Part shown: piece by piece, positions 58,963 through 64,000 of the stretch
Position numbering within the stretch: the stretch's first letter is position 1
Layout: every line of letters starts with the position of its first letter
Assembly (NCBI GenBank): GCA_963828125.1
Contig: CAWHDP010000002.1
Coordinates: 1,184,001 to 1,248,000 of the forward strand
DNA length: 64,000 nt
Direction: 5' to 3'
Origin: an uncultured Chlamydiae bacterium
GTDB taxonomy: Bacteria > Chlamydiota > Chlamydiia > Chlamydiales > SM23-39
The notes under the pieces: generated by a model
What the model was told of the DNA's origin: nothing
What the model saw: the letters and a program-made list of their open reading frames with translations, nothing else
Database searches by the model: none
Translations under genes and position numbers: made by a program

Positions 58963-59624
58963 AATATTGGCTTCTTTTATCGCTTTGCATCGCCTCTCTT
59001 CATGCTGAACCGGTCGACGATTTAAAAAAATCGGTCTCCGACACAATCCCCCGCCTCCACGGCTGGTGCTCTCAAGAAAAGGCGCTCCAGTTCATCGATC
59101 TGGTTCTCGAAGTGAGGCCGGAGGTGTGCGTCGAAATCGGCGTTTTCGGCGGCAGATCCCTTTTTCCGGTCGCAAGCGCCCTCAAATTTTTAGAGCATGG
59201 GATCGTCATCGGAATCGACCCTTGGAGTAAAGAGGAAATCCTCGCCTTTTTCGACCCCGCGAAGGACATGGATCATATCGCCTGGTGGTCGAAAATCAAT
59301 TTGGAGAGCGTCTATTATTCTTGTCTTTCGATGTTGAGCGAGCATCAACTGGAGGATTACTGCATCACTTTGCGAACCACTTCTGAGCTTGCCTCCTATG
59401 TAATCGGCGAAATCGACATCTTGTACATCGACGGCAACCACCATGAAAAAATCTCGTCTAAAGATGTTGAACTCTATTTGCCAAAAGTGCGCCCGGGCGG
59501 CTACATCTGGCTCAACGACTGTCTCTGGAGCGATCTCCAACCTGCGGTCGATCTCCTTTTTGAGGCGTGTGATTTTGTTAAACTGATTGAATCGGGAAAC
59601 TGCGTATTATTTAGAAAAAGATGA
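58959..59624 (+). CDS. Class I SAM-dependent methyltransferase (Methyltransf_24-like) with a signal-like N-terminus
   Basis: MKYWLLLSLCIASLHA, VEIGVFGGRS, GIDPW, YIDGNH, GGYIWLND. Confidence 0.88.
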   Translation: MKYWLLLSLCIASLHAEPVDDLKKSVSDTIPRLHGWCSQEKALQFIDLVLEVRPEVCVEIGVFGGRSLFPVASALKFLEHGIVIGIDPWSKEEILAFFDPAKDMDHIAWWSKINLESVYYSCLSMLSEHQLEDYCITLRTTSELASYVIGEIDILYIDGNHHEKISSKDVELYLPKVRPGGYIWLNDCLWSDLQPAVDLLFEACDFVKLIESGNCVLFRKR

Positions 59625-60286
59625 AAACAATTCTCTGTTTTTTGTATTTCTTCTCCTCCCTGACAGCGGAAACAGTGGATGAACTGAAGTTCGCCATTTG
59701 CGATGCGCTGCCTGAAATTTGGGGCTGGTGCAGCCAAGAAAAAGCGTTGAATTTCATCGACTTAGTCCTCGAGGTCAAACCGAAAGTGTGCGTCGAAATC
59801 GGCGTGTTCGGCGGGGCTTCTCTCCTCCCTGTCGCAAGCGCGCTGAACTATCTCGGAGAAGGGATTGCCGTCGCGATCGACCCGTGGGATAAAATCGAGT
59901 GCATCCGCTATTTAGACCCCGATAAAAATACGAAAGACTTGCGGTGGTGGGCCCACCAAAACATGGATCACATTTATTTTGGTTTCTTGAGTCTTTTGAG
60001 ACAGTTCGATCTGCAAAAGACGGTCGTCATTTTCCGGAGTACCTCGAAAAAAGCGGCAAAAATTCTCGGCCAGATTGATATTTTGCATATCGACGGGAAC
60101 CATTTTGAACAGGTCGTGACTGAGGACGCCCGCCTCTATCTGCCCAAGGTGCGGGAAGGAGGGTATATCTGGCTCACAGACGCCCATTGGATGAGCGCGC
60201 AAGGGGCGGTCGATCTCCTCTTGGAAGGGTGCGACTGGATCAAAACAATCGATGACGGACACTGTATGTTGTTTAAAAAAAGATGA
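59621..60286 (+). CDS. Class I SAM-dependent methyltransferase (Methyltransf_24-like) with a signal-like N-terminus
   Basis: MKTILCFLYFFSSLTA, VEIGVFGGAS, AIDPW, LHIDGNH, GGYIWLTD. Confidence 0.88.
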   Translation: MKTILCFLYFFSSLTAETVDELKFAICDALPEIWGWCSQEKALNFIDLVLEVKPKVCVEIGVFGGASLLPVASALNYLGEGIAVAIDPWDKIECIRYLDPDKNTKDLRWWAHQNMDHIYFGFLSLLRQFDLQKTVVIFRSTSKKAAKILGQIDILHIDGNHFEQVVTEDARLYLPKVREGGYIWLTDAHWMSAQGAVDLLLEGCDWIKTIDDGHCMLFKKR

Positions 60287-61014
60287 AAACGGTTATTTTT
60301 TTGATCTCTTTGATCCCGCTTTTTGGAGGCGAGATCGATTTGGCCCTCTACGAAAAGTCGCTCTATAGCGAACAGGGCGAAGACGGGGTGATCGCTAAAC
60401 TCTTCCAGATCGTCCTTCCGGCGACTAGAAGTTGCGTAGAGGTGGGCGCTTACGATGGGATCACCCATAGCAACACTTTCTTATTGCAGCTCCAAGGCTG
60501 GAACCGGCTCCTCTTCGACCGGCAGTTTGAAATCCCCACATTCAATCTCCATAAAGAATACATCAATGCGGAAAACATCAACCAAATTTTCCAAAAATAC
60601 AACGTCCCTCTCCTCTTCGATCTCCTTTGCATCGATCTCGAATACAACAGTTTTTATGTCTGGAAAGCCCTCGATCCCAAATATAGCCCCTCCGTCGTCG
60701 TGATCCAATACAACGGGAATCATCCGCCGGACCAAGACAAAGTGGTCAAATACCGCCCCTTCTACGTCGGAGACGGGACCGACTATTTTGGCGCGAGCAT
60801 TCTCTCTCTTTACCGTTTAGGACGGGCCAAAGGCTATAGCCTCGTCTATGCGGAACAATCGGGCAAACATCTCTTTTTTGTCCGAGAGGCCCTCCTGCCC
60901 CCAGAGACCCCGTTCAGAGCCATAAACCAAGTAGATCGACTCTACCGTCCGCGGAGCCATCTCTATCCACACGACATGAAAGCCAGACCCTATTTATCTT
61001 CAGAGGGATTATGA
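60283..61014 (+). CDS. FkbM-like methyltransferase-fold protein with a signal-like N-terminus
   Basis: YSEQGEDGVI, VEVGAYDG..SNT, FDLLCID, VVVIQYN, YFGAS, KGYSLV. Confidence 0.75.
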   Translation: MKTVIFLISLIPLFGGEIDLALYEKSLYSEQGEDGVIAKLFQIVLPATRSCVEVGAYDGITHSNTFLLQLQGWNRLLFDRQFEIPTFNLHKEYINAENINQIFQKYNVPLLFDLLCIDLEYNSFYVWKALDPKYSPSVVVIQYNGNHPPDQDKVVKYRPFYVGDGTDYFGASILSLYRLGRAKGYSLVYAEQSGKHLFFVREALLPPETPFRAINQVDRLYRPRSHLYPHDMKARPYLSSEGL

Positions 61015-61937
61015 TCCAATTTTTCCTCCTTCTCTTTGCCCTGGCCCTTTCGGCTGATTTGCAAGATCACCTCAAACCGGCCCTCAATAAATCCGATCTC
61101 CATAAAATGAGGAACATCGACTTTATCTATATGATCAATCTCGATCAGAGACCCGAAAAGTGGAGGTTATCCCGCGCAGCGCTCCTCCCCTTCGGCATTG
61201 AACCCTACCGGTTTTCTGCAGTGAACGGCTGGGAGCTGACTCTTGAGGCGATCAACGACGTCGGGCTGAAATTCGCCCCTCTCATGGAGGGGGGATTCAT
61301 GGGGACAAGTTACCGCTTGGGCGGCGATTTCACCCCGAGTCATGAGATCATCCAAAATTACGGGCAAACCTATTTTTGCCACTGCATGGCGAGGGGGACG
61401 ATCGGGATCGCCTTAAGCCACATCTCGGTTCTTCAAGACGCCTACGATTCGGGCTATGAGACCATTTGGGTGATGGAAGACGACATCGACGTCCTCTCCG
61501 ATCCGAGGGTCATCCCAGATCTCATCGACGAACTCGATCAAGCGGTGGGCAAAGACAATTGGGACGTCTTATTCACCGACGTAGACATCCGCGACCAGTA
61601 TGGAAATCACAAGGGGACGATTTGGGGAGCGAGAAGACCTGACTACGCGGTCTTTTCCAGCGAAAACGATTTCACCGAAAATAGGCGCCTGAACGACCAT
61701 TTTCGAAAAATCGGAGCCCGCTACGGCGCCACCTCCATGATTATCCGGAGATCGGGCGTCAAAAAACTGCTCCGCTTCTTCGGCGCCCACAGTATTTTCC
61801 TCCCTTACGATCTCGATTATATCTATCCCCGCAACATCAAATTGTACACCGTGCTGCAAGACATTGTCTCCAATTTGCCGAATGCCCTTTCAGACAACGG
61901 GAGTCCGTCCTATCAATTCAAAAAAGAGGGTCCATGA
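61011..61937 (+). CDS. Glycosyltransferase family 25
   Basis: YMINLDQRPEK, RFSAVNG, GIALSHI, WVMEDD; signal-like MIQFFLLLFALALSA. Confidence 0.88.
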   Translation: MIQFFLLLFALALSADLQDHLKPALNKSDLHKMRNIDFIYMINLDQRPEKWRLSRAALLPFGIEPYRFSAVNGWELTLEAINDVGLKFAPLMEGGFMGTSYRLGGDFTPSHEIIQNYGQTYFCHCMARGTIGIALSHISVLQDAYDSGYETIWVMEDDIDVLSDPRVIPDLIDELDQAVGKDNWDVLFTDVDIRDQYGNHKGTIWGARRPDYAVFSSENDFTENRRLNDHFRKIGARYGATSMIIRRSGVKKLLRFFGAHSIFLPYDLDYIYPRNIKLYTVLQDIVSNLPNALSDNGSPSYQFKKEGP

Positions 61938-62731
61938 AAAAATTATTGGCGATGTGTTTGCCGATCCTTTGTTACGCAGGCATCAGTGAAGATCTGCTGA
62001 GCGGCCCCGTTAAGGCCGATGAAATCACGACGGAATGGCTGCTGCAAACGGGAGTGAAGGATCACGACACAGAGCACATCCTCGTCTTTCAAAAAATTTT
62101 CGAATTAATAAGGGTAAAAACGTTGATGGAATTTGGACTGGGCTATCCGACCAAGTATTTCCTAGAGCATTGCAACAAAGTGATTTCAGTCGATATTATC
62201 ACCCACGGCTACGGGCCTGGAATCATGCAGAAATTTTTGAAGCTCTACGCCGATTATTCCAATTGGATCCCGATCTCTTTTTTCAGCGGCTATTTGGGGT
62301 GGGATTACTCTTGGGCTCCCTACAAGCATTTGGGTTCCGAGGCCGTTTACAAAGCGACCTCTTACCAGCACGCCTACCACAAACATTACGCAAACATCGA
62401 CGATTTTTATCTCGTGGAACTCAACGCTTTTATCGCCAACTTGGTCAAATATAACAAAGCGGAAGTCGCATTTATCGGGCACGCCATCTTTCTCAGGGGC
62501 GATTTGGTGGAGCTCTTTTTTAATAAAGTGCCGATCATCGTCGCTCATAATACGAGAGACCGGTGGTTAGGCGTCCCGGAAGATACATATGGGTTAACCC
62601 GAGTCGCCGCCCCAGACAATTATGAAGAGATCTATTTCCCTACGCAAGGGGGAACGACCGCTTGGGTCCAAAAAAAAGAGCGATACACGAAATTCATTGA
62701 AGAACTGAAAAAAGCGGCCAATGAAATTTAA
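61934..62731 (+). CDS. Hypothetical protein with degenerate methyltransferase-like motifs and a signal-like N-terminus
   Basis: LMEFGLG, KVISVD, IIVAHNT; ATGA overlap with the upstream gene. Confidence 0.65.
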   Translation: MKKLLAMCLPILCYAGISEDLLSGPVKADEITTEWLLQTGVKDHDTEHILVFQKIFELIRVKTLMEFGLGYPTKYFLEHCNKVISVDIITHGYGPGIMQKFLKLYADYSNWIPISFFSGYLGWDYSWAPYKHLGSEAVYKATSYQHAYHKHYANIDDFYLVELNAFIANLVKYNKAEVAFIGHAIFLRGDLVELFFNKVPIIVAHNTRDRWLGVPEDTYGLTRVAAPDNYEEIYFPTQGGTTAWVQKKERYTKFIEELKKAANEI

Positions 62732-64000
62732 ATTATTCATTTTCTCTTTATGTTTCTGTCTCTGGCTTGAAGGGGTTGACAGGCACGTTTGCGTTGCGAT
62801 CATGGTCAAAAATGACCAGGCGACCATCTGGAGATGTTTAAAAAGCGTTGAGGATATTGCCGATTGCATTTCGATTTGCGATCTGGGATCGACCGATCGG
62901 ACGCGGGAATATATTGAAGAATTTTTGCGCCTCACTGGAATACCTGGTAAAATTTACAAAAGGGAATCGGCGGCGGACGAATATGCGGTAGCTGTTGGAA
63001 CCGCACAAAAAACCCTTAAAATCTTCGGATTCCCCCTCTTTGATTCCTACCTTTTAATGTTGAATCCCGATCATGCGCTCACAGCCGAATCGATCGTTCA
63101 GCCGAACGCTTTGGAAGAAGACTCTTATTTGATTTTAGAGAGATCGTCCACCCTCTCTTATCATCAATACAAACCGAACCTTTTTCGGGCCTCGCTCCCT
63201 GCCGAAACCATCGCGGGGATGAAAGAAGCTGCCGGAAGCGGTTGGAAGACGACCAAAAAATTGAAGACTCTCATCCTATTCGATCAGGCGCCCGCCTTAA
63301 ACGACGATGAAGACGGCGAGCCGAAAGTGCGGCCGGAAGAGGTTCAGCAGGCAAAGCTCCGCCAAAACATCGAACTCTTCACACAAATTCTGAAAGACGA
63401 TCCAGACAACGTGCAATACCTCCTTTTCCTCGCTCAATCGCAAAAGTCGTTGAACCGCTATGAAGAGGCGATTGAAGGGTATAAAGCCCGGATCGGAAAA
63501 GGGGGTGATCCAGAGGAAGTTTGGTTTTCCACATACATGATCGGCGAGTGCTATGAGCAGATGGGATTATGGATCCATGCGCTCCACTGGTATCTGGAGG
63601 CCTTTCAATTCAATCCGAACCGGGCCGAATCGCTCAGGAAAATAGCGACCCACTACCGGCTGCTCGGACAAAATGATCTTGCCTATTTTTTTGCTAAGCA
63701 TGGGAGTCAGATTCCCAAGGCGAATAACGATGTTTATTTCCCCCTTCCCCCTCTTTGCGATTACCATTTCGATGAAGAGATCTCCGTCGCCGCCTACTAC
63801 ACGAGATTCAAAGAGGACGGCTATTCGGCCGCGAACGATCTCCTCTTAAAAAAAGACACCCCCAACCACATTAAAGATCAGGGGTACCGCAATCTCCTCT
63901 TTTATGTAAAGAACATCAACGCCCGCTTGACCCCGATCCACATTTCTCTCCCCTACATTCAAGAAGGCAAAGATGAGACCTATCATCCGATGAACCCCTC
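62721..64000 (+). CDS. GT2-like plus TPR-repeat protein (3' end outside window; absent from the ORF track)
   Basis: MKFKLFIFSLCFCLWL, CVAIMVKND, CDLGSTDRT, later FLAQS...YEEAIEGY, YMIGECYEQMG, FNPNRAESL. Confidence 0.82.
   Translation, partial: MKFKLFIFSLCFCLWLEGVDRHVCVAIMVKNDQATIWRCLKSVEDIADCISICDLGSTDRTREYIEEFLRLTGIPGKIYKRESAADEYAVAVGTAQKTLKIFGFPLFDSYLLMLNPDHALTAESIVQPNALEEDSYLILERSSTLSYHQYKPNLFRASLPAETIAGMKEAAGSGWKTTKKLKTLILFDQAPALNDDEDGEPKVRPEEVQQAKLRQNIELFTQILKDDPDNVQYLLFLAQSQKSLNRYEEAIEGYKARIGKGGDPEEVWFSTYMIGECYEQMGLWIHALHWYLEAFQFNPNRAESLRKIATHYRLLGQNDLAYFFAKHGSQIPKANNDVYFPLPPLCDYHFDEEISVAAYYTRFKEDGYSAANDLLLKKDTPNHIKDQGYRNLLFYVKNINARLTPIHISLPYIQEGKDETYHPMNP

Overview
This window is chromosomal DNA from an environmental member of the Chlamydiota. 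The assignment is inferred from an NTT/Tlc nucleotide translocase, a SET-domain protein, the rho-coaE-polA-sohB-pgsA block and the rnz-lon/tsaB-rpsU-dnaJ block, which resemble chlamydial gene order. Housekeeping blocks alternate with accessory material. The accessory parts are: a GT2/FdtA glycosylation cluster before tRNA-Ser(GCT); several candidate host-directed effectors (SET, sphingomyelinase-like EEP, split-RING protein, non-canonical Fic, Ser/Thr kinase); a small mobile island (GxxExxY remnant, ISL3 remnant, hicAB, IS1634-family element); a type III translocon-like cluster (40.7-46.4 kb); and a cluster of GT25 glycosyltransferases and SAM methyltransferases, most with signal-like N-termini (55.3-64 kb). 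A palindromic dispersed repeat (TATACTGCGGCCACCCCAAAAGTGTGAATTTGGG...GGCCGCAGTATA) occurs ten times in long, short and half forms and supplies stop codons or protein termini to several genes. The 30.5-33.8 kb stretch has many frameshifts in four adjacent housekeeping genes, most likely a local assembly-quality problem. All functional calls come from motif recognition by eye; no database searches were run.
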